NCBI GenBank assembly: GCA_963735805.1
Contig: CAVTMK010000004.1
Span: 704,001-768,000 of the forward strand
Source of the DNA: an uncultured Verrucomicrobiae bacterium
GTDB taxonomy: Bacteria; Verrucomicrobiota; Verrucomicrobiia; Chthoniobacterales; UBA10450
Length of the DNA: 64,000 nt
Direction of reading: 5' to 3'
Shown here piece by piece: positions 1 to 10,014 of this stretch. The notes under the pieces were generated by a model. It had not been told where the DNA came from and did not search any database. It saw nothing but the letters and a program-made list of their open reading frames with translations. The position numbers were made by a program, and so were the translations under genes. The first letter of the stretch is position 1, and the number at the start of each line of letters is the position of its first letter.

Positions 1-1034
1 AGATGGGAAGGCGTCGCACCTGGTACATCCACTAGCAGTGCGCCGGAGCCGCCAAGGTCCGCATCAGAATTGTCGAGATCGAGCCAGTTTGTGGGCGCCC
101 AGTAATCCGCGGGGTCTCCGCTAAAGATTGGGCCGGGCTGGAAGCGGATCACGGCTTCGCCACTGGCCCAGTTACCATTAGTGCCAAAGGTGTTACCAGT
201 AGTAACGAATGGGTTCTTTCCGTCGCTGGCGACGCCGCCTGTGCCCCATATCGCTCCGCCATGAGTGCCGGGGCCGGTGGCCGCGGCCCACGCTGTTACG
301 TTCGCTGGGTTATCTATCGGCACTCCCACCAGCCAGCCATGATAAGGGTTGCAATCCATCATGCTACCATAGCCAACATAAAGAATGTTGCCTACGATGC
401 CGAGGGCCGGCCGTTGCTGTTGGATCTCTGGAGTAAAGTTGATCCCATTGTACGAAGCTGTCATCTCCACGTCCACCGGCCACCCCGGATTGATGTCGCC
501 CGTGTCTACGTTAAGCGAGAAGATAAAATGTTTGATGGTCACTCCGCCGTCCGGTGTGATCATTGCGTCCAAAAACAGTGCGCGTGAAGCAAGATCGACA
601 ATGGGCGTGCCAATAATACCCATGGGATCGAACTTCGTGCAGACGAGATCGTTTGCCGATACCGGTTCGCCCACGTTCCGCTCCCAGACAACGGTGCCGT
701 CGAGGGCGTCGAGTGCGTACACATTATCCGACTCGGTGACGGCAATGATCGTCCGTCTCCCGTCAGGACCGTTATCCAGGTAAAGTGGCTGCGCGTAGAC
801 ATTGCCGACGATTGTGCCATCAAAGTTCAGGTCCCGCGTCAGATTGACCGCCGCGCTTTGCGTAAAAGTGGGGTCAACGTAAAGACCGTCTCGCGAAGCG
901 TGATTGTGAAACTGAGTCACGTTCACCTGCGCCGCGTCTGTAACGCTTCGCGTAGCGAACGTGGGCGTGGCGTTTGTCGGAGTAACTGCGCTAAAAAAAT
1001 AAACAGCTGAGAAAATTGAAAAGAGAGGCTTCAT
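1..1034 (-). CDS. Secreted PQQ-like beta-propeller protein (partial, runs off the left edge; not in ORF track)
   Basis: Manual translation from ATG at 1034: MKPLFSIFSAVYFFSA...VTQFHNHASRDGLY...GNVYAQPLY...VTESDNVYALDALDGTVVWERNVG...MGIIGTPIVD; signal peptide plus PQQ-repeat-like 'VYALDA.DG...W' motif. Confidence 0.75.
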   Translation of the reverse strand, partial: MKPLFSIFSAVYFFSAVTPTNATPTFATRSVTDAAQVNVTQFHNHASRDGLYVDPTFTQSAAVNLTRDLNFDGTIVGNVYAQPLYLDNGPDGRRTIIAVTESDNVYALDALDGTVVWERNVGEPVSANDLVCTKFDPMGIIGTPIVDLASRALFLDAMITPDGGVTIKHFIFSLNVDTGDINPGWPVDVEMTASYNGINFTPEIQQQRPALGIVGNILYVGYGSMMDCNPYHGWLVGVPIDNPANVTAWAAATGPGTHGGAIWGTGGVASDGKNPFVTTGNTFGTNGNWASGEAVIRFQPGPIFSGDPADYWAPTNWLDLDNSDADLGGSGALLVDVPGATPSH

Positions 1035-1148
1035 ACGAGAGCGTTTCCTAATTCCGCGTGGCCCTTTTACCATGCCGCACCGCCTTCGTGTCAAGCCCGA
1101 TGGCCAATCGCTGATCACCGATGAAGAATGACACTGATCAGATGTCTT

Positions 1149-1330
1149 TCATCGCGGTGTTGGCCGAGGCGGCGGTCTGGGGCGAAGCCTTGGCATTGGA
1201 ATAGGTCCTGGGGTCACTGTTGGAGTTAGGAGTTACTGTTGGCGTCACGGTAAAGACTCAAAGTCGGTATTGGCGTGGGAGTAGGTGTCACTTGCGTGCC
1301 GGTCTGCACCTCAAATGAGCCGATGTCGAT
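1149..1330 (-). pseudogene. Frameshifted C-terminal remnant of a secreted protein (choice-of-anchor-Q-like end plus Pro/Thr tail)
   Basis: Reverse strand reads IDIGSFEVQTGTQVTPTPTPIPT, then after frameshifts VTPGPIPMPRLRPRPPPRPTPR-stop; no start codon or upstream body. Confidence 0.5.
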
Positions 1331-1399
1331 TGAGATGACGAATGAACACGAAGAAATGCCAAAAGCCCGGAATTTCGTTTCACCGCGAGTTGCTGCATC

Positions 1400-2818
1400 T
1401 CACTTCCATTTCTCATAAGAATGCCGGCCTAACAGCTTTTCCCAGGCAGCTCTTGTCTTTGGGGGTACATTTAGATCGGCATCGACCAGCCAGGAAATAG
1501 TTGCGATCGAGTTTATTAAGATCGAGAGAACAACTAGCCCAATTATCACATGACGGCGCCAAACCACCGCAATGCTGCTTGAGCCTAGAAACATAACAAG
1601 GCAGACGATCAGGAAGGGATAAAGATCAGCGGCGTAACGTTGGGCTAGCAGGAAATACGAAAGGATACAGAGAAATTGCACAAAGAGAGCCGCGGTAACG
1701 CCCCACTCAAACAGATCGACTTCTTTACGTCGAACGAGACAAACGATTCCCATAAGCGCGGTAAAAACAAGCCAACTCGATGACCACAGGAGAGAAAGAT
1801 ATGCCTCGCTGTGAGGGTTGGAAAAGAGAGAAGGATAATTATAGGAATGACGGCTTGCGTTGATGAAAGGCGGCTGACGATCGAGACCTGGGAAGCGCAA
1901 GCTAAAGTAGTCAGCGAAGCTGTGGGGAATACGACGCGGGCTCAAAACTCCGTATTTATGCGCGAATTCGCTGTGAATGAGGTTGACATAATAATCGAAG
2001 TTTACTCCGGTGAAGCTGCCGAATCTTGCGTAGCTTAGCCAAACGTAAAAGACGAGAGCAGCGCCCAGCGGCAGAAGAAGGACGAAAAAATTAGTTATCC
2101 GATTGTCTCGCGGAATTCGCATGGCAAGAAGTGGGGCAATCAGGACGAAAGGCATGCCGAAAGTGACTCGGGAAAGTAGAGCTCCGGCGGCACATAGCGA
2201 GAACCAGAGCAGTGAACGCGTCAAAGCAGCGCCATCAGCTTGTCGTGAGCGCAAAGCGAAGTGGAGCGCAGCCAGCGACCAGGCTAAACCCCAGATGATC
2301 GCCTCATCGTAAATAGAAAGATTTCCAAGCAGTAAAAGAAGCGGCGAGCCGAGTGCAAACCCGGCGAGGCATGCATTTCCCAGCCGGTTGTGCGCTGCAA
2401 AGGAAAGCGGGGAGCAGCGCAAGGCTGTGCGCACAAGCCCCGCAAATGCAAACAGCGCAATAGCGCCAGCACAAAATCCCGAAATTCGGGACCACTTTCC
2501 ATGACCTGCCGGGTAGATGAAATTCAATGGAATTCGAAGAAACGCGGGGAACGGCCCGAAGTACATGCGGACATGATCGTTTACGATCATTGCTTCATGG
2601 CTGATTGCCTGCGCATCCACGTCCACATCGCCTCGCAGGAAATGTTCCGCCTGAGAGTCGTAGGCGTCGCCGAGAACTTCCCTAACAAAAACCTGTCGTC
2701 CACCAGTCGTGGTGTAGAACCAAAGAAGAACGCTCAGTACGAAGAGGAGTGGCGCAAATCGAGGAACTGCAGAAGGTTCTTTTTCGGGTGGCCCTGGGAC
2801 GTCTGGAATACTTGTCAC
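1400..2818 (-). CDS. Polytopic membrane protein, probable GT-C fold glycosyltransferase
   Basis: Many hydrophobic segments; acidic residues in first loop (YDSQAEHFL), MYFGPFPA, IYDEAI, LSRVT motifs; adjacent to a mannosyltransferase-like gene. Confidence 0.5.
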   Translation of the reverse strand: MTSIPDVPGPPEKEPSAVPRFAPLLFVLSVLLWFYTTTGGRQVFVREVLGDAYDSQAEHFLRGDVDVDAQAISHEAMIVNDHVRMYFGPFPAFLRIPLNFIYPAGHGKWSRISGFCAGAIALFAFAGLVRTALRCSPLSFAAHNRLGNACLAGFALGSPLLLLLGNLSIYDEAIIWGLAWSLAALHFALRSRQADGAALTRSLLWFSLCAAGALLSRVTFGMPFVLIAPLLAMRIPRDNRITNFFVLLLPLGAALVFYVWLSYARFGSFTGVNFDYYVNLIHSEFAHKYGVLSPRRIPHSFADYFSLRFPGLDRQPPFINASRHSYNYPSLFSNPHSEAYLSLLWSSSWLVFTALMGIVCLVRRKEVDLFEWGVTAALFVQFLCILSYFLLAQRYAADLYPFLIVCLVMFLGSSSIAVVWRRHVIIGLVVLSILINSIATISWLVDADLNVPPKTRAAWEKLLGRHSYEKWK

Positions 2819-2919
2819 GGCGCATCTGTCCTTTGGTGCCTCACACGGATATAGGTGGTGTTATTCCATGAAGAAGATCCCCGATCGCAATTTCGCACGT
2901 GTAGGTTTCATTCAGAAAC

Positions 2920-4038
2920 TCAGAATGCCCATTGACCATGGGCAAATAGCACGGCAAACAACGCGAAAAGCAATAGTGACCAGACGGTAAGCACGCCGGC
3001 CCAAAAACGACTTCTTCCGAGCAGAGCGAAGAGAACGAAAATCGGAAACATCGTTAGCGTGTAACGCGGTACGCTCCGAAAGAAGCTAACACTCGAGTAA
3101 AGAATCCAGGATGCAGTCATCCACATGGTGTAAGCTGGCCGCAGCTTGATCCAGCTAATGATCATACACACAAAGCCGAGCCCTACGAAAAACAGCTCCT
3201 GTGTGCCCACCATCTCCGCTTCACCGGGAGTTGGGTATTGAGCCCAAATTGCCTGGCGAATTCCCGCCAACGGTGAGGCGAACGACTGTTCGAATATCGT
3301 CTTGCGCGTTTGCAGGAAGGCGAATGGATCTCCGCTAACGCTCCAGTTAATTAGCAAATATACTGCAAAGCCAGTCGGCACGATCGCAATCCAAAGCCAT
3401 CGCCACTTCCAGCGACGCTCTCGCCAATATTGCTGTGTTGCTTCAACAGCTAACGTGGGAACCAAAACAGCGCCCGGTGCACGGCTCATCCAACAAAACG
3501 CACCAAGCACTCCCGCCAACCACCATCGATCAACACGGGCTGCGAAGATACTAGCCAATGCAAGAGCCAGAAAAAGGCCTTCGCTATAACCAATGTGAAG
3601 AAAATATGCGGTCGGAAAAATTAGAAAAAACCATACGCTGCGCATCGCGACGCTCGCTGGATAGTCAAGCTGGACAAGTCTGCGCAGCAGGATCGCTGCG
3701 ACAACGGAAGCCATGCCAGAAACGATGAGTCCAGCTGCGAGGTAACTCTTAGTGAAGTAAGCAACCACACGGAGCAACCATGGAAACAAAGGATAAAACG
3801 CTGCGGATCCGTCGGTGCCGCTGTATCCAAATTCTGCAATCTTCTGGTAATATCCGAAATCCCACTGACCCCATATTTCGAACCACTGCTGTGGATTCGT
3901 TATATACTTATCCCACAGCACCCCCTGGCTTGTCGCGCCGAAATAGAACAGCAGTACCTTGATAGCCAGGACCCAACCGATCACGATCCAATCTTCCCGT
4001 GGCAAAAAAGAAACGATTCGCGTCAAGCTCCTCATCAC
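2920..4038 (-). CDS. PIG-V-like (Mannosyl_trans2/GT76-like) membrane mannosyltransferase
   Basis: WDFGYYQKIAEFGY...AFYPLFP, FPTAYFL, YSEGLFL, SRAPG, PRY motifs. Confidence 0.75.
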   Translation of the reverse strand: MMRSLTRIVSFLPREDWIVIGWVLAIKVLLFYFGATSQGVLWDKYITNPQQWFEIWGQWDFGYYQKIAEFGYSGTDGSAAFYPLFPWLLRVVAYFTKSYLAAGLIVSGMASVVAAILLRRLVQLDYPASVAMRSVWFFLIFPTAYFLHIGYSEGLFLALALASIFAARVDRWWLAGVLGAFCWMSRAPGAVLVPTLAVEATQQYWRERRWKWRWLWIAIVPTGFAVYLLINWSVSGDPFAFLQTRKTIFEQSFASPLAGIRQAIWAQYPTPGEAEMVGTQELFFVGLGFVCMIISWIKLRPAYTMWMTASWILYSSVSFFRSVPRYTLTMFPIFVLFALLGRSRFWAGVLTVWSLLLFALFAVLFAHGQWAF

Positions 4039-4300
4039 TTCTTATCGTAAATCCTATCGCAACAGCTGGCGTCGTCGACCGGCTCAGAGGTTTCGGATTA
4101 AGTGCCGCAAATGAAGCGGTAATTCAACTCGCGAGAAGTGAACGCCCGGTGGCAGTGGACTGAATAGCGTCGCCGGGGTGAGTGAGAGCGCTGTCGTCTT
4201 CTGCCCGGGTACGCGAGAGGAAATATGGGGAACTGGGCTGACTAAGGTTGCAAAGAGGAACACGTCCGGAGCATTTGCAAGCGCCGACTCTTTTCGGCCT

Positions 4301-4672
4301 TTACCTCTTAAAATCTAATGCGCCTTTCCGGACTGCGTAAACGTATCCCACCATAAGGATCATGATGAAGCTCAGCATGCTCCAGAAAATAACACTGCTC
4401 TGCCTGATGGCGTCGCGATACGCAACCGCCCACGGGTACATGAAGACGATTTCGATGTCGAACAGAATAAAAAGCATCGCCACCAGGTAAAACTTCACGC
4501 TGAAGCGCGGTTGGCGTTCACCCTGGGGAATCATACCGCATTCGTACGGGGTATCCTTAGCTAGCGTACGTTTCCCGCTTTTGCCTACCACCACACTAAC
4601 AATCAATGCGGACGCGGCGAAGAGGATGGCTACGATGATCTGCAGGAGAACTGGCAAATATTCGCGCAGCAT
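4301..4672 (-). CDS. nuoA: NADH-quinone oxidoreductase subunit A
   Basis: KDTPYECG, RFSVKFYLVAMLFILFDIEIVFMYPWA; three TM segments. Confidence 0.95.
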   Translation of the reverse strand: MLREYLPVLLQIIVAILFAASALIVSVVVGKSGKRTLAKDTPYECGMIPQGERQPRFSVKFYLVAMLFILFDIEIVFMYPWAVAYRDAIRQSSVIFWSMLSFIMILMVGYVYAVRKGALDFKR

Positions 4673-4707
4673 CCGGAATTCCCTCGTAGGAGCTGAGCTT
4701 GGTTCGG

Positions 4708-5019
4708 TTATTTTACACCAGCTAGATGGCCATTCTGCTGGGCAATCGCGCTGGCCAAAGCCGAAGGCAACCCCTTGTATTTCTTGCCATTCTTCTTAAC
4801 CGCGCCTCGCGCCACGAGATTTTGCAATTTCTCGTAAGCTCGCAAGCGCAGCATTTCCTCGCCACCGCTGGCAGCGTTCCGGGCGCGAAGGTTCTCGTGC
4901 ACGATGTCGAACAATTGCTTAAATTCGAACGACGAACGCCGTGAGAGGACAGCGACCAGCTCCTCAGTTACCAGATCAGGAACGCGACGGGAGAATGCAT
5001 TTTTCTTTAGAATAGCCAT
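4708..5019 (-). CDS. Small basic hypothetical protein, possibly winged-helix-like
   Basis: 103-aa ORF from ATG 5019; helical 'EEMLRLRAYEKLQNLV' followed by basic beta-hairpin-like 'GAVKKNGKKYKG'. Confidence 0.6.
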   Translation of the reverse strand: MAILKKNAFSRRVPDLVTEELVAVLSRRSSFEFKQLFDIVHENLRARNAASGGEEMLRLRAYEKLQNLVARGAVKKNGKKYKGLPSALASAIAQQNGHLAGVK

Positions 5020-5207
5020 AGAGCGAGAAAGATAGCATGTTTTGGCCAAACTGCAGCACTTTTCTTGCGTGTCGGAATTCCCAAAAGAGTGCCGAAATGG
5101 CGCAATTGATGGCGCCTGGCTGCGGAAGCCGCCTAAAAGCGAATATTGCTTGGATTGTAAGATCTAGCGGGGCGCTCCTGTGCAACAATCCCGCCGTTGT
5201 AACCTAC

Positions 5208-6998
5208 CTACGGCGTAGGGGATGGGCTACTTACTGCCGGCTGAGGCGTCGCGCTCGACGAAGGCAGCAGACTGCTGAGTCCGGCGCCTGTCGGGTGTCC
5301 TGTCGCCGTACCTAAACTGCTAAGTATAGCAAGGCCGATGGCCGCTTGATCCAAGGTAATAGGTCCCATCGACTCGGCCACATAGCCGTCACGATCGTAT
5401 CTTTGCGACGAGACTATCGGGCTCAAGTGCTTCGTAATCACCTCTGACGATGGAAGCTTGGCTAGATCCACCGAACGAGTTATCGCCGGCATAAACGCTG
5501 CCGCCATTAGCAACATGGGACGAAGAGAAGCATCAAGCCGCGAGTATAACAACGCGGTATCAACGTATGAGAAAAAGTTCGTAGGCGCCGGCAGCAAACG
5601 CTCGGCTGCCTTGTAAGTTTGCGAATCGGCGAGTTCCGAGGACTTACCGGCGCCGCGCTTTACTGCCTCTTCTACCGAAACGGGATTGAAACCGGCGATG
5701 AGAATCCGGTCAGATAAAGCGATTGTGGGAGTAATGGCGACAAGTGTGGCCGCCGATTGCTTCGAAAAATAACGCACACCATCTTTCTCTGTTTGTGTCC
5801 ACGTAGCTCCTTCATCCGCGCGTGTAAATGCCTCGATGATCTTGCTCGCACTGGCCATGTGTTGCACTGGCAGGGTCAGGAGTAAGGATGGCCAATGTGC
5901 GCTTGATGGCCAATCCGCCACTGCTCCCAGCTCGATCCCAAACGCAGCTTTCCAATCATCGGCTGCGATTCCGCCGGTGGTTAAGTCCTGAAAAATCTTC
6001 TGCACCGCGCCGCCCAGCGGAGCAGCCTGACCGAGTGTTTCCATCTTTTCCCCGAGATTAAGCAGCATTGCCAGGTAAAAAAACGTCTCTTTTGTTCCCA
6101 GGGTCAGGGATGACCGGTTCAGCGTGGCATCATGCTCGAGCTTTGGCATTCCGAGAAAAAGCACGTCGCGAATCTTCCCGTTCTCCAATCGCGTGGTCCC
6201 GGCAGCGCACCGCATTTTCTCGAGCATCGTAGTTTCTCCCGAAGCGGGGCTTAACCGGACGGCGGCACGTAACGCGGCAAGCCGTTCGGAAAATGTCTTG
6301 GGCTGGAGATAGAAGAACACCGCATAATTAGATGTCCGGTGCGAGACGGCCAAGCGATACGCTTCGTCCTTTTCGAGCGTTTCCTCTGCACTGGTCGCGC
6401 GATGGTCGACGCGATCGAGCAGTGCCTTTAGTTCTGTCACGTTTGTAGCCGCGAAAAACCACGGTCGATCAAACGTCGTTGCGAGAGTAAACGGAGCCGC
6501 GTCGAACAGGTCGATTTCGTGCCGCTTATATTGAAGTTTGTCTTGCTTCGTGCCGGCACGTTGTTCCAAAAGCGTCGCGCGCCACTTGCCGATGATGCTC
6601 TCAGCGTCCTCCTGGCTGCCGCGAAAACGGAACCCACCCACAACGCTCGGAGCGCTATTGTCGATGGATGTCAAAGCTAAGAAGGCGTTTTTTGGGTCGA
6701 GCTGTTGGATCTCCTGCAGCGTTTGAGCCCCAAAAGCCTTGGGGGTGTTGGGAATGTTGCTCAGCGGCTTGCGCAAAAAATCCTGCACCGCTGGTTCGCT
6801 GTACAACTGATAAATATCCGATTTACGCCACTCATTGCGTGTCCGATTAAAGTCCGGTATGTGCGCAAAGAAAATTGTGTCTCGCGGCAGAAGCGCGGCT
6901 ACAGGAGCGCTCGAAATCTGCTGGGAAAGCTTCCAGTAGTACCAACCAGCGCATGCGGCGACAGCGACCGCGATGATCAACAACAGAATTCGTCTCAT
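5208..6998 (-). CDS. Membrane-anchored/exported hypothetical protein (DUF3352-like)
   Basis: N-terminal hydrophobic anchor MRRILLLIIAVAVAACAGWYYW, 'AALLPRDTIFF' motif, Ser/Pro-rich C-terminal tail; start moved to ATG 6998. Confidence 0.55.
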   Translation of the reverse strand: MRRILLLIIAVAVAACAGWYYWKLSQQISSAPVAALLPRDTIFFAHIPDFNRTRNEWRKSDIYQLYSEPAVQDFLRKPLSNIPNTPKAFGAQTLQEIQQLDPKNAFLALTSIDNSAPSVVGGFRFRGSQEDAESIIGKWRATLLEQRAGTKQDKLQYKRHEIDLFDAAPFTLATTFDRPWFFAATNVTELKALLDRVDHRATSAEETLEKDEAYRLAVSHRTSNYAVFFYLQPKTFSERLAALRAAVRLSPASGETTMLEKMRCAAGTTRLENGKIRDVLFLGMPKLEHDATLNRSSLTLGTKETFFYLAMLLNLGEKMETLGQAAPLGGAVQKIFQDLTTGGIAADDWKAAFGIELGAVADWPSSAHWPSLLLTLPVQHMASASKIIEAFTRADEGATWTQTEKDGVRYFSKQSAATLVAITPTIALSDRILIAGFNPVSVEEAVKRGAGKSSELADSQTYKAAERLLPAPTNFFSYVDTALLYSRLDASLRPMLLMAAAFMPAITRSVDLAKLPSSEVITKHLSPIVSSQRYDRDGYVAESMGPITLDQAAIGLAILSSLGTATGHPTGAGLSSLLPSSSATPQPAVSSPSPTP

Positions 6999-7145
6999 AA
7001 TGGCCACTCGGCGCGGATGCTCGATACTCGATGCTCTATACCTGATCAAACGCAAACTTAGTCGAGTGTCCGGAACGTCATGATCATTTTTGTGTCACAT
7101 ATGTAAAACACCTACACATGGGCTCGCCGCTCCAAAGGATGAAAA

Positions 7146-8036
7146 TCAGGCTCGGGGATGAAATTGGCGATGTACGGCTTTCAATCGCTGTTGATCGACA
7201 TGCGTGTAGACTTGCGTCGTCGAAATGTCGGCGTGCCCGAGCATTTCCTGGATAATTCGCAAATCGGCGCCGTTCCCCAGCAGATGTGTCGCGAAGCTGT
7301 GCCGCAATAGGTGAGGGTAAATGTTCTGTTCCAGTCCGGCGCGGCTTGCATGCTTCTTCACGATCTGCCAGATACGGACGGTTGTTAATTTCGTGCCGCG
7401 CTGGGAAAGAAAAATTTCGCTGCTGCTACGGTGCTTCACAAGTTTCGGCCGCTCCGTGGACAGGTATGCCGCCAGAGCCTCGCACGCTTTGCGGCCCACC
7501 GGGACAAGGCGGGTCTTGTTTCCCTTGCCGGTTACGCGTACCACTCGCTCTTCGAAGTTGAAATTCTCGAGACGCGCGTTTGCCAGCTCCGAAATACGCA
7601 GACCGCTCGCATAAAGCAACTCGATCATTGCCCGGTCGCGTAATCCGTGGAGAGCCTTCGTGTCGATCTTTTCCAGGAACTGCTCGATTTGCAATTCGTT
7701 CAGCGTTTCCGGGAGGTAACGCTCGATCCGGGGGAGTGCGAGTGCGCCAGCCGGATCGCGCTGAACCTCACCTCGAGCGACCAGGAACCGGAAAAATATC
7801 TTCAGCGCCACTACGATGAGTTTGATCGAAGAAGCGGAGAGCCCCGCGCGTTTGCGATCGGCAAGATACTCGCTAATCAGTGACAACGTCACCGCACGTG
7901 GATCTGCGATTTTCTTTCTGGTGGCACACCAGCGCGCAAATTCTCCGAGGGATCTTTGGGTGGACAGCTGATAATTTTCAGAAAGACCACGCTCGATTGC
8001 GAGGAAACGGATAAACGACTCAATTGCGCCTTCCAT
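7146..8036 (-). CDS. xerD: Site-specific tyrosine recombinase XerD
   Basis: RDRAMIELLYASGLRISEL, GKGNKTRLVP, PHLLRHSFATHLL, QEMLGHADISTTQVYTHV, HPRA C-terminus. Confidence 0.9.
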   Translation of the reverse strand: MEGAIESFIRFLAIERGLSENYQLSTQRSLGEFARWCATRKKIADPRAVTLSLISEYLADRKRAGLSASSIKLIVVALKIFFRFLVARGEVQRDPAGALALPRIERYLPETLNELQIEQFLEKIDTKALHGLRDRAMIELLYASGLRISELANARLENFNFEERVVRVTGKGNKTRLVPVGRKACEALAAYLSTERPKLVKHRSSSEIFLSQRGTKLTTVRIWQIVKKHASRAGLEQNIYPHLLRHSFATHLLGNGADLRIIQEMLGHADISTTQVYTHVDQQRLKAVHRQFHPRA

Positions 8037-8045
8037 TTTCCACAT

Positions 8046-8102
8046 TGTAACGGCAGACGTGTTGCCTGCAAAATCCACTGTAGCGGAAGGCGCGTCGCCC
8101 GC
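8046..8102. repeat. Tandem pair of degenerate REP-like palindromic units
   Basis: tgtaacggcagacgtgttgcctgc and tgtagcggaaggcgcgtcgcccgc; both translate ATRLPLQ on the minus strand. Confidence 0.5.
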
Positions 8103-8210
8103 GAAAGAATCGAAAACGCAGCCCGACAGTCACCCCAGGCGGATTTTTGCAAAACACCCGGTTGCGATATTATTGACAAGGCAACCTTAAGTGTTCGATG
8201 TTCAATTACG

Positions 8211-8963
8211 ATGAGTTTGGACCTCAATACCATCCTGAAAGATTGGCCGCATGAGAACGGCAGCATCAAGGTGCGAAAGATTGCCGGTCTCGATGGGCGC
8301 GAGAAGTTACAACTGCGGGTCGATCTCGGGGTGTTGCAAATGGAATTGGCCGGACGGCCCGATGGCCGGCGGCCGCATAACTGTGAATCGCTTCTGGAAT
8401 ATCATCAGAGGCGTGCGGCTCGTGCCCAAGCCAAGGGTGAAACCTACGAGCTCACAGCCGAGCAATGCGCAGAGCTTCAACAGGAAGGCATCCAATATTA
8501 TCATCGTTATCTGAGCTTGTTTCAGATCAATGATTTCGACGGTGTAGTGCGCGATACGCAGCGCAATCTCGACCTTTTCAGCTTCGTCTCCGAGCATTCA
8601 GATCGTGAGGAATTTTCCTGGAGCCTTCAACAGTTCCGTCCTTACGTGCTCATGATGAATACGCGCGCCAAGGCCTCCATTTTTCTCGGTCAGGGTAAGT
8701 TCGCTGAGGCGATAGTTGAAATTGAGCGTGGCCGTGACGCGATCGTGGATTTCTTGCAACAGTCGAACTTTTCGGAGTTGGTGTCGAAGAGTTCCGAGAT
8801 CGCGTTTCTTGACGAATGGCTTGAGGAAGTGAAGTCGAAGCGTCCGCTTTCAAAGCTGGAGATCATGCGGCGCGAGATGGAAACGGCGATCGCGAAGGAA
8901 CTTTACGAGCGGGCTGCGGAGTTGCGCGACGCGATCAAGTTGTTACAAGCGAAAAAGCATTAG
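8211..8963 (+). CDS. UvrB/UvrC-motif-containing protein
   Basis: C-terminal UVR motif METAIAKELYERAAELRDAIK; LQLRVDLGVLQMELAGRPDG N-terminal domain; start moved to ATG 8211. Confidence 0.8.
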   Translation: MSLDLNTILKDWPHENGSIKVRKIAGLDGREKLQLRVDLGVLQMELAGRPDGRRPHNCESLLEYHQRRAARAQAKGETYELTAEQCAELQQEGIQYYHRYLSLFQINDFDGVVRDTQRNLDLFSFVSEHSDREEFSWSLQQFRPYVLMMNTRAKASIFLGQGKFAEAIVEIERGRDAIVDFLQQSNFSELVSKSSEIAFLDEWLEEVKSKRPLSKLEIMRREMETAIAKELYERAAELRDAIKLLQAKKH

Positions 8964-9096
8964 CATCGCAGCTTCTCGCTGACTGGAACTACTGTCCCTG
9001 GGGGGACCGCCCTTTCGGCACGGTCGTAAGACTACGTCGGCAAACAAATTTTAAATCCCTTGCCCCGTCGTGGGCGCCGCCTGAAGTTTCTCTCTT

Positions 9097-9963
9097 ATGG
9101 CTACACAACTATCCCAATACGCACACCCGGACGCGCTCGTGGAGACCGATTGGCTCGAGAAACATCTGAAAGACGAAGGAATCCGAATTGTGGAGTCGAA
9201 TGAAGATGTTCTCCTTTACGATACAGGACATATCCCTGGCGCGGTGCATATCGATTGGCGCGCTGATCTGCAAGACCCCCTGATTCGCGACTATATTTCA
9301 CCAGAAAAATTTGCGGAGCTTTGCAGTCGTAACGGAATCACACCAGATACGACCTGCATTTTTTACGGAGATAAGGCCAACTGGTGGGCCTGCTACGCAC
9401 TCTGGGCCTTCCGGTTGTTCGGACACGAGAAAGTGAAAATTCTCAATGGCGGCCGTGACAAATGGGCAGCCGAAGGCCGTCCCATGACACGTGATGTACC
9501 CAAGTATTCAAAGACAAATTATCCATTGCCTGGGAAACGATTCGACAAGGAAATTCGCGCCTTCTTCGATGAAGCGCTGGCGCAAAGTAAAAGCGGCAAA
9601 CCACTGATCGATGTGCGCTCGCCAGGCGAATACAAGGGCGAGATCACGCACATGCCCGAGTATCCGCAGGAGGGCGTGTTGCGCGGTGGTCATATCCCCG
9701 GGGCAAAGAGCATGCCTTGGAAAACAGCGACCAACGATAATGGCACATTTAAGCCGGCTTCAGAACTCGCAAAAATCTATTTCGATCAATGCGGAGTCGG
9801 GCCGGAAAAGGAGACAGTTGTTTATTGCCGAATCGGAGAGCGTTCCAGTCACACATGGTTTGTGCTTACCTATCTCCTGGGACTAAATAACGTGCGGAAC
9901 TACGACGGTTCCTGGACTGAATGGGGCAACAGAGTATGCGCCCCGATCGAGAAGAGCGCGTAA
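9097..9963 (+). CDS. Tandem-rhodanese thiosulfate sulfurtransferase (SseA/CysA family)
   Basis: GHIPGA twice, active-site [17 protein letters not shown] signature. Confidence 0.92.
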   Translation: MATQLSQYAHPDALVETDWLEKHLKDEGIRIVESNEDVLLYDTGHIPGAVHIDWRADLQDPLIRDYISPEKFAELCSRNGITPDTTCIFYGDKANWWACYALWAFRLFGHEKVKILNGGRDKWAAEGRPMTRDVPKYSKTNYPLPGKRFDKEIRAFFDEALAQSKSGKPLIDVRSPGEYKGEITHMPEYPQEGVLRGGHIPGAKSMPWKTATNDNGTFKPASELAKIYFDQCGVGPEKETVVYCRIGERSSHTWFVLTYLLGLNNVRNYDGSWTEWGNRVCAPIEKSA

Positions 9964-10014
9964 GAGAATAGAGCGGTAAGCTGAGCGGGGCATGCGCGCT
10001 CTTCAGACTTGTGT

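Noticed and set aside
7080..7145. AT-rich stretch next to xerD as a dif site or integron att site
   Set aside because: No match to the 11-6-11 XerC/XerD arms; the recombinase looks like housekeeping XerD with no integron insertion or cargo
7956..8210. N-terminal extension of the UVR-motif ORF, and similar extensions at 13893-13961, 47543-47635 and 54885-54920
   Set aside because: They overlap xerD or run through repeats, spacers or the MITE; downstream ATGs give more plausible starts
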